The notes beneath the pieces are model-generated. The model was not told where the DNA came from, made no database searches, and was given only the letters and a program-made list of their open reading frames with translations. From the IMG/VR virus record IMGVR_UViG_2852743531_000003, positions 64,001-128,000 of that record: 64,000 nt of DNA; one strand, 5' to 3'. A program made the position numbers and the translations under genes. The number at the start of each line of letters is the position of its first letter. Positions within the stretch are counted from its first letter, which is position 1. Source of the stretch: a virus (Duplodnaviria; Caudoviricetes). Shown here in pieces: positions 49,460 to 58,815 of this stretch.

Positions 49460-51508
49460 ATGGCAGTGAATCAACCTTCGAAGAATGCTGCGCGCGACGC
49501 GGGCGCGGACCCGGGCATGGTGCATGCATTCAATCAGGGAATGGATCCCGAAGGCCAGCAGCAGGAGCAGGCACCCGGCGCATCCGCTTCCCGGACCCGT
49601 GGCCAGAGCGGCCAGTTCTCGTTCACGTCGGCCAATGATTACGTCCCGTCCGTGATCTCCCGGCACAAGGGCGGTGAGGCTCTCGGGAAGATCACCGAGA
49701 TGCTCAGGAGCGAGTTCAAGGAACGAGATCCGGACCACGAACTGGAGCTCATCCCGATCAACTGGAAAGATACCGTTGACCTGTATTTCTCGGCCGTAGT
49801 GGTCACCCTGCGCCACAAGGCCTGGCTCGACCGTGGCGTCGCCTACTACACCCTCATCATCGAGGGCTCGGCGCCGGCACTGGAGTCTGTGTCGCGCTTT
49901 GTGGCCAACGAGACCATCACCGAGCTGCGGCTGACCGGCGATACGAACAACCAGATACTCAACAACGAAGTCAGGAATCGCCTCGAGAAGGTGTACCCGA
50001 TGGTTCCGCAATGGGGCGCCGGTGTCTGCGTGGTACCGCGTGACTTCAACCCGGCGAACGAAGAGCTCGCGCACAAGCTGGCCGTCTGTGCCGGCAACGC
50101 GTGCTCGTCCGAGCTCTCACGTAACAAGCCGGGCGGATGGCATGACCTGAACCTTGCTGACGCGGTCGGCAACGAGGTCCTGACGGTGCGCCCGAAGTTC
50201 GGCAATGAGCAGATCTACAACGCCGTGGGCCATCCGGTGCGGGCCGATGTCGAAATCCGCACCACGGTTCCTGGCCAGCTGGTCCAGGGCCAGCAGGATG
50301 CGGCCGTGCGCGACACGACCGTCACGCTCGTTCGTGGCTTCGTGGATCTGGTCTGGGCACCGGTTGACCAGCAGAACCAGCCCTACGCCCAGTGGGTTGC
50401 GCCACAGCAACTTCAACCGGGTGGCGTCCATCCGTCGCAGTACCAGAAGTACCTGCCGCGGTTTGTGGCAACACAAAGCGAGTCGGAGAAGGTGCCCACC
50501 CTCGGCGGCCAGCTACTCTCGCTCGTTTCTGCGGCGTGTCTGTCCACGAACATGCTGTGGGCTGAAGCCTTCCGTCCTGCGAAGGAGCGCAGCGGTGGCA
50601 GCGACGTCGACTGGAAAAATATCGGGGCGCTCAATATCGAAGCGAACTTCGAGAATAGTGCAACGGGTTACGGCGTGCCTCTGGACAGCACGCTCGATTC
50701 ATTCACCCGGCAGAACCCCCAGAATGGCAGCGAGTTCCACAAGCTCATCGCCAGCACGATCCGGCAGCGGCTGGCCGTCTCGGTCGACATCCCCGAGTGC
50801 GGTCCGGAGACGGCGCTCTCTGAGGCGATCCTGCTCGCCGGCGACAGCGACGCCGAAAACCGCCGTACGGGCAACCGGATGCTCGTCGGCTCCTCCATGG
50901 ACCTGACCAACGGCCTGTTCGTCAAGAACTACATGGCTCTCGTCGATACCCTGGCGCGGCAACAGCATCCGGACGCCCTGAGCCGACAACGGCTGCAGCT
51001 GGAGGACCACCGGCTCGTGACCGACGAGTACAACCGGATTCACCTCGGTTACTTCATCTACAGGACCGGCGAGAAGCTCGATATCCGCTTTATCGACTAT
51101 CTCGCGCTGCTGGCAACCCAGGGCACCAGCAACCACCAGGATGTCCTCGAATGGTCCGATACCTTCTCCGACGTCAACCTGCCGCTGAACCTGCGGATTT
51201 CCCGCCGCCAGAAGATCATCGAGGGAATCGTTGGCGAACGCAACGTGACGTACACGGGCTTTGCGCGTCGCTGCACGCTCGACAACATCTTCTTCACTGC
51301 GCTCCTGATGTCGATTGCCGAACTCAAGATCAAGATGAACGTCGACTCGGTGGCCGGCCATCAGCCGCAGTACCGGCGCCCGATCAATCCGTTCGTCGCA
51401 GACGCCGCCCTCGATCCCGGTATCAATCTCGGGCTCTTTGGCTCCAGCTACGCAGGGCCGTCGCAGCAGTACGGCAACCGTGCGGGCTTTAACCGCTTCA
51501 TGTACTGA
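49460..51508 (+). CDS. chmA: Chimallin, phage nucleus shell protein
   Basis: 682 aa; VGHPVRADV, WAEAFRP..KNIGAL, IHLGYF..GEKLDIRFIDYLA and VTYTGFARRCT match recalled ChmA segments; Q-rich N-tail; aromatic C-terminus; directly upstream of the nvRNAP beta' gene. Confidence 0.9.
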   Translation: MAVNQPSKNAARDAGADPGMVHAFNQGMDPEGQQQEQAPGASASRTRGQSGQFSFTSANDYVPSVISRHKGGEALGKITEMLRSEFKERDPDHELELIPINWKDTVDLYFSAVVVTLRHKAWLDRGVAYYTLIIEGSAPALESVSRFVANETITELRLTGDTNNQILNNEVRNRLEKVYPMVPQWGAGVCVVPRDFNPANEELAHKLAVCAGNACSSELSRNKPGGWHDLNLADAVGNEVLTVRPKFGNEQIYNAVGHPVRADVEIRTTVPGQLVQGQQDAAVRDTTVTLVRGFVDLVWAPVDQQNQPYAQWVAPQQLQPGGVHPSQYQKYLPRFVATQSESEKVPTLGGQLLSLVSAACLSTNMLWAEAFRPAKERSGGSDVDWKNIGALNIEANFENSATGYGVPLDSTLDSFTRQNPQNGSEFHKLIASTIRQRLAVSVDIPECGPETALSEAILLAGDSDAENRRTGNRMLVGSSMDLTNGLFVKNYMALVDTLARQQHPDALSRQRLQLEDHRLVTDEYNRIHLGYFIYRTGEKLDIRFIDYLALLATQGTSNHQDVLEWSDTFSDVNLPLNLRISRRQKIIEGIVGERNVTYTGFARRCTLDNIFFTALLMSIAELKIKMNVDSVAGHQPQYRRPINPFVADAALDPGINLGLFGSSYAGPSQQYGNRAGFNRFMY

Positions 51509-51520
51509 AGCATCCAGACT

Positions 51521-51555
51521 GCCGGCAGGGGAGGCTTCCCCTGCCGGCGTTTTTT
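51521..51555 (+). terminator. Rho-independent terminator after chmA
   Basis: GCCGGCAGGGGA-GGCT-TCCCCTGCCGGC then GTTTTTT. Confidence 0.88.
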
Positions 51556-51680
51556 CCGCCACAGCAAGGATGTTCCGGCGCAATGACAGCAACACCGTCG
51601 AACGACAGGCATTTTTTTATTGAACCGGGCAATCCAGTGCAGCAACCGCCCTTCCCAGGTGCCCCTGCTGGAGAACCAAC

Positions 51681-53180
51681 GTGGCAATCAGTTCCCGACT
51701 CGTCAGTCACGATGAGATCTTTCATTACCGTACGTCGCGCGAACCCATCATCATCAATGATCTTCCCGACATCACCAGCGAAGAGAAGGAGCACGTCGAT
51801 AACCTCATATTCACCCGCTACGATCTCATCCACTCGGATTCTCTCTCGAACATCCCGTCGTGCGCATGCGGCAACACCCTCGGCGTCGACAAGCTTGGCG
51901 ACGGCCGCGGCGTTCCTGCGATGGTCTGCCCCGACTGCCACACCGAGGTCACCGCCCCCTACCAGGGCGATCTGGAGCCGCTCATCTGGCTGCGTGCGCC
52001 AAGAGGCGTCAAGGCGCTCATCAACCCGCATGTCTGGACCATGCTGCGCGAGGGATTCCAGAAGAACAGTTTCGATGTGATCCGGTGGCTCTGCGATCGC
52101 ACCTGGAAAGCACCAGTCAGGGAACCGCCGGTGATGGAGGCGATCCGCTCATCGGGACTGCCACGGGGCTACAACAACTTCGTGGAGAATTTCGACGCCA
52201 TCATGGCCTTCCTGTTCAACCTGAAGGACTACGCGAAGAAGGAGCTCGCGCCCCTCAAGGCGTGCCTCGAGCAGTACCGGCACTGCGTCTTCTCGCAGTA
52301 CCTGCCACTACCAAACCGGTCGCTGCTGGTGCTCGAAGACACGCATCACGCGGGCTACACCGACAGCACGACGCCCATCGCGGTGGACGCCATTCGCATG
52401 ATGGTGGGAATTGATTCCCCGATGTCGCCTCACTCGGACATCGTGCGCGAGAACCGCACCATCCGCATGATTGCCCAGACGGCTGAATACTACGACATCG
52501 CCATACGTGACCTGCTTGCGTCGAAGACCGGCGTGTACCGCAAGAACATGTACGGCACGCGCTGCCACTTCGCGTTCCGGGCCGTCATCAGTTCGTACAC
52601 CGACCCGCACGACTATACCGGGGTGCATATCCCGTGGAGCGTCGGCGTCGTCGTGTTCGAGTTGCATCTGAAGAATTTCCTGCTTCGCGAAGGCATGACG
52701 CCGTGGGAAGCCGAGACCTATCTGAACGCGCACGTCAATCAGTACAGCGAGAAGCTTGACCACTTCTTCCAGCGGATCATCGCGGGTTCGCGCGGGCCAG
52801 GTGTGCCGGTGACCATGCAGCGCAACCCGAGCCTGCACCGCGCAAGTATCCAGCTGCTCTTCATCACGCGCGTCACCACCGACGTGAGCGTGCCAACCGT
52901 CTTCTTCAGCATTCTCGATGTGACCGGGCCGAATGCCGACTTCGACGGCGACATGATGAATCTCGTGCTGACGCTCGATCACGTACTGACCGACGAGCTC
53001 TACAGCCTGATGCCGCATCAGAGCACCTTCAGCATGAACGAGCCGCGTGCCCTCTCGAAGAATCTCTCGATGCCGAAGACCGTCGTGCTCACGATCAGCA
53101 ACTGGATCCACTGGCCGGAACCCGATACACCCGATCCAGAAGTGCTGCGGCGCATGGCACTTATCCCCGAAGCTGCCTGA
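51681..53180 (+). CDS. Non-virion RNA polymerase beta'-like N-terminal subunit (phiKZ gp55/56-like)
   Basis: 499 aa; CxC..CPDC zinc finger, RNPSLHR and catalytic NADFDGD. Confidence 0.92.
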   Translation: MAISSRLVSHDEIFHYRTSREPIIINDLPDITSEEKEHVDNLIFTRYDLIHSDSLSNIPSCACGNTLGVDKLGDGRGVPAMVCPDCHTEVTAPYQGDLEPLIWLRAPRGVKALINPHVWTMLREGFQKNSFDVIRWLCDRTWKAPVREPPVMEAIRSSGLPRGYNNFVENFDAIMAFLFNLKDYAKKELAPLKACLEQYRHCVFSQYLPLPNRSLLVLEDTHHAGYTDSTTPIAVDAIRMMVGIDSPMSPHSDIVRENRTIRMIAQTAEYYDIAIRDLLASKTGVYRKNMYGTRCHFAFRAVISSYTDPHDYTGVHIPWSVGVVVFELHLKNFLLREGMTPWEAETYLNAHVNQYSEKLDHFFQRIIAGSRGPGVPVTMQRNPSLHRASIQLLFITRVTTDVSVPTVFFSILDVTGPNADFDGDMMNLVLTLDHVLTDELYSLMPHQSTFSMNEPRALSKNLSMPKTVVLTISNWIHWPEPDTPDPEVLRRMALIPEAA

Positions 53181-53288
53181 GGTACCTGAGCGAATGGCGC
53201 TGCCTTAATGCAGCCCGATCAATCAGGATCACAACCCATCAATCAAGGAAGAAACGACCATGTCTGAATGTTATCTCCGGAGGCAGCC

Positions 53289-53906
53289 ATGATGCTCACC
53301 GCAGGCGACGAGAGTGATTTTGATGCGCTTGTCTATGGCGGCAGCAAGCATCCCGGCACGATCGCCTATCTCCAGAAGCAGCTGGAACCGTTCAGTGGCG
53401 GGCTAACCGAGTTTGGCAGACAGTTCGCCGGTTCAGCGCGCAACCTCTTCGATGCGTTCAACGGATCCGAAGCCATGCGGCTCGCCCGTGCGGCCGTACG
53501 GCGTGTCGACAGCCTGTTCATGAGCGACACGATCCAGACGATCTGGGACATCGGCAGGCTGCAGAACGCGCCCCTGACCATGCAGCGCTGGATCATGGCC
53601 GAGCCTGAGACCCGAAGGCTTTATCACCAGCAACGCTGCGACGGCTATTCAGAAAGCTACGTCGATATGGACCCCGGCCTGAGTGGCGAGGACCACTACG
53701 ACTGGCGCCGCATCCATGACGGCGTGGCGCAGGAAACGGCCGACGGTCAGGTGGTGTTCGAACAATACTGGGAACCGCTCAGAGATGGCGACCGGCATCT
53801 GGAGCTCGACGAACAGAGCGACATCATCGCCACGCACGAGTTCGCCCGCGCGTATGCGCTCGCCGGCAAGGAGGATCACACGAGCAAGGAAGGGGGCATG
53901 CTGTAG
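53289..53906 (+). CDS. Conserved chimallivirus protein
   Basis: 205 aa; LQNAP..MQRWIMAEP..CDGYSE segment; GGAGG RBS. Confidence 0.78.
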   Translation: MMLTAGDESDFDALVYGGSKHPGTIAYLQKQLEPFSGGLTEFGRQFAGSARNLFDAFNGSEAMRLARAAVRRVDSLFMSDTIQTIWDIGRLQNAPLTMQRWIMAEPETRRLYHQQRCDGYSESYVDMDPGLSGEDHYDWRRIHDGVAQETADGQVVFEQYWEPLRDGDRHLELDEQSDIIATHEFARAYALAGKEDHTSKEGGML

Positions 53907-54044
53907 TCGCCAGTCTGATACCCGGCAGCCGCACCAACGCGCCTGCCGGGTACCGTCCCACTGCTCACCCGAGGCAACGACGCGGCCACCTTTCTCCAGA
54001 AGGCCACCCGCCTTTAGCGTGAATTCGCGTGCAGGTAACCCATC

Positions 54045-54491
54045 ATGACCACGCCCGTACCGACACTCTCGACCGCTGGCTGGATCGTTTCGCCCCAGCA
54101 GAAGGCTGACCGGTTAATGGCTCATCTGTACGAGAGCCAGGCCAACCAGTCGTACATTTTCAACGGCAACGTAACGAGCCTGCAGTACCTCATCGCGAAG
54201 AACGCGGGCAACATTCCCGGTACCTGCACTGCGCTGCAGGCCGCCCTGACCTCCTTTTTTTCGCGCTACTACGATCTCGCGAGCGTGCAGGTCGCGAGCG
54301 ACGATGTGCTGAATGGTAACGAAAGCAGCCTGATCACGCTCTACGTCTATGCGGAGCTCACCGAGGATGGCGTCGTGTATCCGCTCAGCGGCCTGATCGA
54401 GCTGTCCAGTTCAAGACTGGTGCGTGTGCTGGCGCTGAACAATGCCGGCGTCACGGCAGCGCAGACAGTGCTTCAGGACATCGCGTCATGA
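54045..54491 (+). CDS. Conserved chimallivirus protein (possibly baseplate/gp25-like)
   Basis: 148 aa; VPTLSTAGW..QSYIF.GNVTSL segment. Confidence 0.72.
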   Translation: MTTPVPTLSTAGWIVSPQQKADRLMAHLYESQANQSYIFNGNVTSLQYLIAKNAGNIPGTCTALQAALTSFFSRYYDLASVQVASDDVLNGNESSLITLYVYAELTEDGVVYPLSGLIELSSSRLVRVLALNNAGVTAAQTVLQDIAS

Positions 54492-55180
54492 ACATCGAAC
54501 CGCAAGAACCGGGCGGTGTGCCGGCTCCCGTTGCCTACGGCGACCCGCGTCGCCTTAACAGCAACGGAGGAAGCCCCTGTACCGATGGCCAGTTACGGCC
54601 CGATGCCCCCATACCGGCGCGGGTCGAGAGTTGCGTGCGGCGCCTCGAGCGCGCGATCTACGGTGCCATGATGTTCGACCAGCACGAGTACCTCGAGCAT
54701 CGGCGATTGCCTCATACCCTCCGGACCTGGGAAGTCCGTACCACACCCTGGCTGCTCGAGGATGGCTACATCCTCGCGCTGACCGATTTTCCCGTGGCAA
54801 CGGAGACCTGCTGCGTTGTCGCCTTTACGCCAGTCTACGCGGATGGGCGCACGGCAATGGACCGGAGCACGCAAACCGATGCGATGTCGCTGGAAGTCGT
54901 GGACTACGAGGTGTTCACTTATCAGGAGCGGGGCCACACCGCGTATGAAAACGCCCGCATGATTCTTCACCCGCGTTACCTCGCCGAACTCAGACGGCAG
55001 GCCTTTGCACTGAAGCTTCAGTACATCCAGTTTTTCTACTTCACCCAGCTCATTCCGAAAGTTCGCGAAGCCTTCGAGGATCCTGAAGGCCATCTCGAAA
55101 GGATTCTTGAACGATTGCGCGAGGTATCCCGCGCGGGATCGTCACCGGATCAGCCAACGCCCGTCGGCGGCGCAGGATGA
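54488..55180 (+). CDS. Hypothetical phage protein
   Basis: 230 aa, ATGA overlap with the previous gene. Confidence 0.72.
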   Translation: MNIEPQEPGGVPAPVAYGDPRRLNSNGGSPCTDGQLRPDAPIPARVESCVRRLERAIYGAMMFDQHEYLEHRRLPHTLRTWEVRTTPWLLEDGYILALTDFPVATETCCVVAFTPVYADGRTAMDRSTQTDAMSLEVVDYEVFTYQERGHTAYENARMILHPRYLAELRRQAFALKLQYIQFFYFTQLIPKVREAFEDPEGHLERILERLREVSRAGSSPDQPTPVGGAG

Positions 55181-55223
55181 ATGGCGCGGGTATCGATCCG
55201 GGCCGGACGTCCATTCCCCCATC

Positions 55224-55826
55224 ATGAAACCATCTACTGAAACCCCCGCTTCACCCGACGCCCACCCGGGTGACTTCATCAATACGGTGGCGCAGAACCT
55301 GCATGAGATCGCCAGCCAGGACGTCGCCAAACTGCCCGAGGACCAGTTCGTCCACGTTTTTCTGCCGCTGCTCGCACGCGATGCCGAACTGCCGTATCCC
55401 GTCACCATGGCCGACTGGATCTCCATTGCCGGTGGCCCCTGCAAGCCGGTCGACGTGTTCGACAACGCAACGGGCCAGACGCTGTTTCGCGTCCCCCCCT
55501 TCCTCGACTACCACGGCATCAATCCCGTCAGGGACATCCACAACCGCGCTGCTGGCCAGGCCGCCTTCACCGACATCGTCGCGACTGCCGCGAAACTTGC
55601 GGGACTGCACCCGAATCAGGCGAAGGCGTTTATCGAGCAGTCACTACGTGAGCGCGCCAGTTTCATGAACAACACCGCGGTGCTCGCGCTCCATGTTCTT
55701 CAGTGGAACGCCATTCTCGGGCGCTACGGTCGCGAACCGTTGTACGCCGAATCAGAAAAGGCGGCCGGCGCTGCGCTCGCCGCTAAGGGCGGCCCCGTTA
55801 CTCCCGACGTGTATGAGGACTTCTGA
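55224..55826 (+). CDS. Conserved chimallivirus protein
   Basis: 200 aa; LPE..FV..FLP..WISIAGG..LFRVPP segment. Confidence 0.75.
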   Translation: MKPSTETPASPDAHPGDFINTVAQNLHEIASQDVAKLPEDQFVHVFLPLLARDAELPYPVTMADWISIAGGPCKPVDVFDNATGQTLFRVPPFLDYHGINPVRDIHNRAAGQAAFTDIVATAAKLAGLHPNQAKAFIEQSLRERASFMNNTAVLALHVLQWNAILGRYGREPLYAESEKAAGAALAAKGGPVTPDVYEDF

Positions 55827-56928
55827 TATCCATCTCGCGGTTGCCAGCGACATCCATCTCGGCAACCGGCGCACGCCTACGCAAGGCATCCTGCGCAACC
55901 TGCGGGCCGCCTTCCCCGATAACGAAGAAACGGCACAGCTGGACGTGATCTGTCTGGCAGGCGATGTCTTTGACACCCTCTTCCCGCTCAACGATGAAGA
56001 TGTGCCGCAGATCGACTTCTGGATCCGCGATCTGCTGCTGCTCTGCAAAAAGCACGACATCATCCTGTACGTGCTGGAGGGTACACGCAGTCACGACTGG
56101 GAGCAGTCGGCACGCTTTGTCACGATCAATGAGATCGCCGGCATCAACGCCAGACTCAGATATGTGCGCGAGATCAGCATCGAGTATGAACCAGCTCTCG
56201 ATCTCTGGATCGGGTTCGTACCAGATGAGGCCACGCCCGACACCGACAGGACGCTCAGCGAATTCCGCAGCCTGATGAAGGCAAAGGGGATCGGGAAGGT
56301 CGACCTGATGTTCATGCATGGTCACTTCGAGTTCCAGCTTCCGGCGGCCGCGCGCGTACCGAAACACGATTCAGCCGCGTGGCTGGCGATTACACGTTAT
56401 CTGGCGTTCATTGGTCACAACCACCGGCATTCATCCTTCGACCGCATCTACGCGCAGGGCTCCTTCGACCGGTACTCACACGGACACGAAGAGCCGAAAG
56501 GTCACCTGAGGGCGGTGTTGCATACCTCGGGAGACCATGAAGTCACCTTTATCGAAAATACCGGCGCGCGTCTGTACATCACGATCGACTGCACCGACCT
56601 TGATGTGGAAGCCGCATTACGCGCAATTGACGGGCGTGTTCGCGAGCTGCCAGAACATTCTGCGGTTCGCATCCAGGCCATGCATGACCATCCACTGCTC
56701 GCAGACATGGACGCGCTCATCAGGCTTTATCCGTTCTTCAGCTGGAGCAAGCTTCCGGTTCGTCCCGACGAGGAAGAGCGCAAGGCTTACGACGACAGCG
56801 AGGTCTTTGAACCCGTCACCATTCATGCCGGCAACATCCTGCAGCTGCTCACGGAACGCATGATCGCCTCGGGCGTGAGTCCAACGGTCGTCGCCGTCGC
56901 ACAACAGAAAATCCAGGAGGCTATGTGA
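55813..56928 (+). CDS. sbcD: SbcD/Mre11-like metallophosphoesterase nuclease
   Basis: SDIHLG, AGDVFD, EGTRSHD, MHG and GHNH motifs. Confidence 0.87.
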   Translation: MRTSDIHLAVASDIHLGNRRTPTQGILRNLRAAFPDNEETAQLDVICLAGDVFDTLFPLNDEDVPQIDFWIRDLLLLCKKHDIILYVLEGTRSHDWEQSARFVTINEIAGINARLRYVREISIEYEPALDLWIGFVPDEATPDTDRTLSEFRSLMKAKGIGKVDLMFMHGHFEFQLPAAARVPKHDSAAWLAITRYLAFIGHNHRHSSFDRIYAQGSFDRYSHGHEEPKGHLRAVLHTSGDHEVTFIENTGARLYITIDCTDLDVEAALRAIDGRVRELPEHSAVRIQAMHDHPLLADMDALIRLYPFFSWSKLPVRPDEEERKAYDDSEVFEPVTIHAGNILQLLTERMIASGVSPTVVAVAQQKIQEAM

Positions 56929-57827
56929 TGTCCGCCACCGCTGGCCTCACCGCCCGTGCCATGGGCTATTTCCCGCTCTCCGTTGGCACGTCTCTCGCAC
57001 TCGAAGGCGCGTTCGGCATTCATCCTGACCACCAGGAGTCTCCGGCGCCAATCCTTCGTTATGACGAACTCTGGTGCAACCTGAAGACGCTCTTGCGCAA
57101 CTGCATGGGCGCGCTGGATAAAACGACGGCAGGCGCCGTGTTTCCCGACGAGCTGGCATGGACACTTCAGGAAGAGCTCAGCCAGCTTTCGGAGCTCGTC
57201 GCCGAAGCCACACAGAACCGTTGCAGGACCGTGTACTACGTAAGCAATTACGCGGGGCTCGCGCAGAAATATCCCTTCGCTACGTTGCGCACGGATTCGA
57301 CCGCACGCCAGAAGCAGTATGCCGCGATCCAGAAAGACACTATCGCCCTCATGCTGAAGACAGCACGGGCGCAGGAACGACAGGAGGATGAGCAGCGGCA
57401 TGACCGGATCGCTGTCTTTGATCTTAAGCTTGCGCCAGCGACTCCGGATCCCAAATCATCGTCGCCAAAAATCCTGCTGCTGACCCACTACGCCTACGAC
57501 CTCTTCTCCGCGAAGCGCTTCAGGGAAATGACGCTGCTCGAGTCACATACCGGGCGGCTCAAGGAGAAAGCCCTCTGGCACACCAAGTACGCCCAGGGGC
57601 GCGAGCTCACGATGATCCCCTTTCGCGAGGATCTCATCCAGGTGTTCGGCGATTCGGAACTCTTTGCTCCCATGCGTCTGGAACTTCGACGCGAACTGCT
57701 GCAGATCGCACAGAAAATGCAGTGGAACCCGACCACCACCTTCGAGCGCATCGCGCTCGGCGTGGATCTCATGAAAAACCCCTATGCCCGCGAAGTCCTG
57801 AAGAAGATCATTTCCAGCCGCTACTAG
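56925..57827 (+). CDS. Conserved chimallivirus protein (gp66-like by position, possibly nuclease fold)
   Basis: 300 aa; PLSVGTSLALE, LLLTH..YDL and LLESHTG segments. Confidence 0.72.
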   Translation: MMSATAGLTARAMGYFPLSVGTSLALEGAFGIHPDHQESPAPILRYDELWCNLKTLLRNCMGALDKTTAGAVFPDELAWTLQEELSQLSELVAEATQNRCRTVYYVSNYAGLAQKYPFATLRTDSTARQKQYAAIQKDTIALMLKTARAQERQEDEQRHDRIAVFDLKLAPATPDPKSSSPKILLLTHYAYDLFSAKRFREMTLLESHTGRLKEKALWHTKYAQGRELTMIPFREDLIQVFGDSELFAPMRLELRRELLQIAQKMQWNPTTTFERIALGVDLMKNPYAREVLKKIISSRY

Positions 57828-57915
57828 ATCACGCGATCAGCGACACGGAAATTTTTATTGAACGCGGCCATGCTGTGTCATGCGACCGTGCCAATCCAAC
57901 CATTGAGGATTCCCC

Positions 57916-58599
57916 ATGCCTGAAAACCGCAAGGCGCGCAGCAAAACCATACTCGACAGCCGCCGGCTCATGCTTTCCGCACCGCTTCAGGGCAAGACCG
58001 GCAATGACGGCAAGAAGATCTGGGCGTCACTGTATGTCACTGTGTTTGCCAATACACCGTTCATCACGGTGTTTACCAATGATCCCGATGATCGCGATAA
58101 CGATGGCGGGCGTATCAGCGCCGAAATTTCGCCGGTCGAATTCATTGGCACGCTCATCGACTTCGAACGGGTGATCGCCGGACCCGATGGCAAGGAAAAC
58201 AAACGCCAGCTTTGCAACGTCGAGCGTGACCGCAATCCGGCCCAGGGCGAGAAGCCCGCGGTACGCTCTGCATTCTGCTACGGCAAGGATGAGGACGGAA
58301 TCGTCTGGGTTGCGCTGTCGGCCAAAGGGCGGCCCAATATCCGGTTCGATTTCGGTTACAGCCGCTATCACTTCCTGCAGCACAAGGCCGGCGAGCAGTA
58401 CAGCAAGGCAGAGGCATCCCAGCTCTTTGCGCTCGGCTGGATACATCTCGTTCGACAGTTCGTCACCGACCTGATGCGAACGGAGTACGAACATCCGCAA
58501 CCCCAGAACGATGGTGGTGGCAAAAATAACAGGGGCCGGGCTTCAACTTCTGCAAAGTCCCACTATGCTGAAGTTGAGGAGGACGATATTCCCTATTAG
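57916..58599 (+). CDS. chmC: Probable ChmC-like nucleic-acid-binding protein
   Basis: 227 aa directly before the gp68-like gene, where ChmC is recalled to lie; beta-rich core with G/N-rich tail ending EEDDIPY. Confidence 0.6.
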   Translation: MPENRKARSKTILDSRRLMLSAPLQGKTGNDGKKIWASLYVTVFANTPFITVFTNDPDDRDNDGGRISAEISPVEFIGTLIDFERVIAGPDGKENKRQLCNVERDRNPAQGEKPAVRSAFCYGKDEDGIVWVALSAKGRPNIRFDFGYSRYHFLQHKAGEQYSKAEASQLFALGWIHLVRQFVTDLMRTEYEHPQPQNDGGGKNNRGRASTSAKSHYAEVEEDDIPY

Positions 58600-58688
58600 C
58601 GAGTCAGGAGTCGCCCCGCCTTCTGCATTGCCCGGATAACTTCCCTTGCGTCGCCATCGTCGGCAGCAGCCAGGACAGAACAACTCCG

Positions 58689-58716
58689 GCAGGTCAGTCA
58701 GACCGGGCTGACCTGC
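58689..58716 (+). terminator. Intergenic hairpin
   Basis: GCAGGTCAGTC-AGACCG-GGCTGACCTGC. Confidence 0.45.
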
Positions 58717-58761
58717 CCTATTCCCCCAACAGAACGAGCCCGACGAATCGAAACGAATCTG

Positions 58762-58774
58762 GGTGACATATCAC
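58762..58774 (+). promoter_or_regulatory. GGTGACATATCAC putative early promoter variant
   Basis: One mismatch to the GGTGATATATCAC motif, about 40 bp upstream of the gp68-like gene. Confidence 0.55.
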
Positions 58775-58815
58775 TATCTTGCTGAAATGCCGACGCGTTT
58801 TAAGGGAGATAGAAA

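Noticed and set aside
37-53180. RNAP subunits and tubulin read as bacterial rpoB, rpoC and ftsZ
   Set aside because: They are highly divergent, split subunits embedded among terminase, tail and chimallin genes, with no ribosomal or dcw context.
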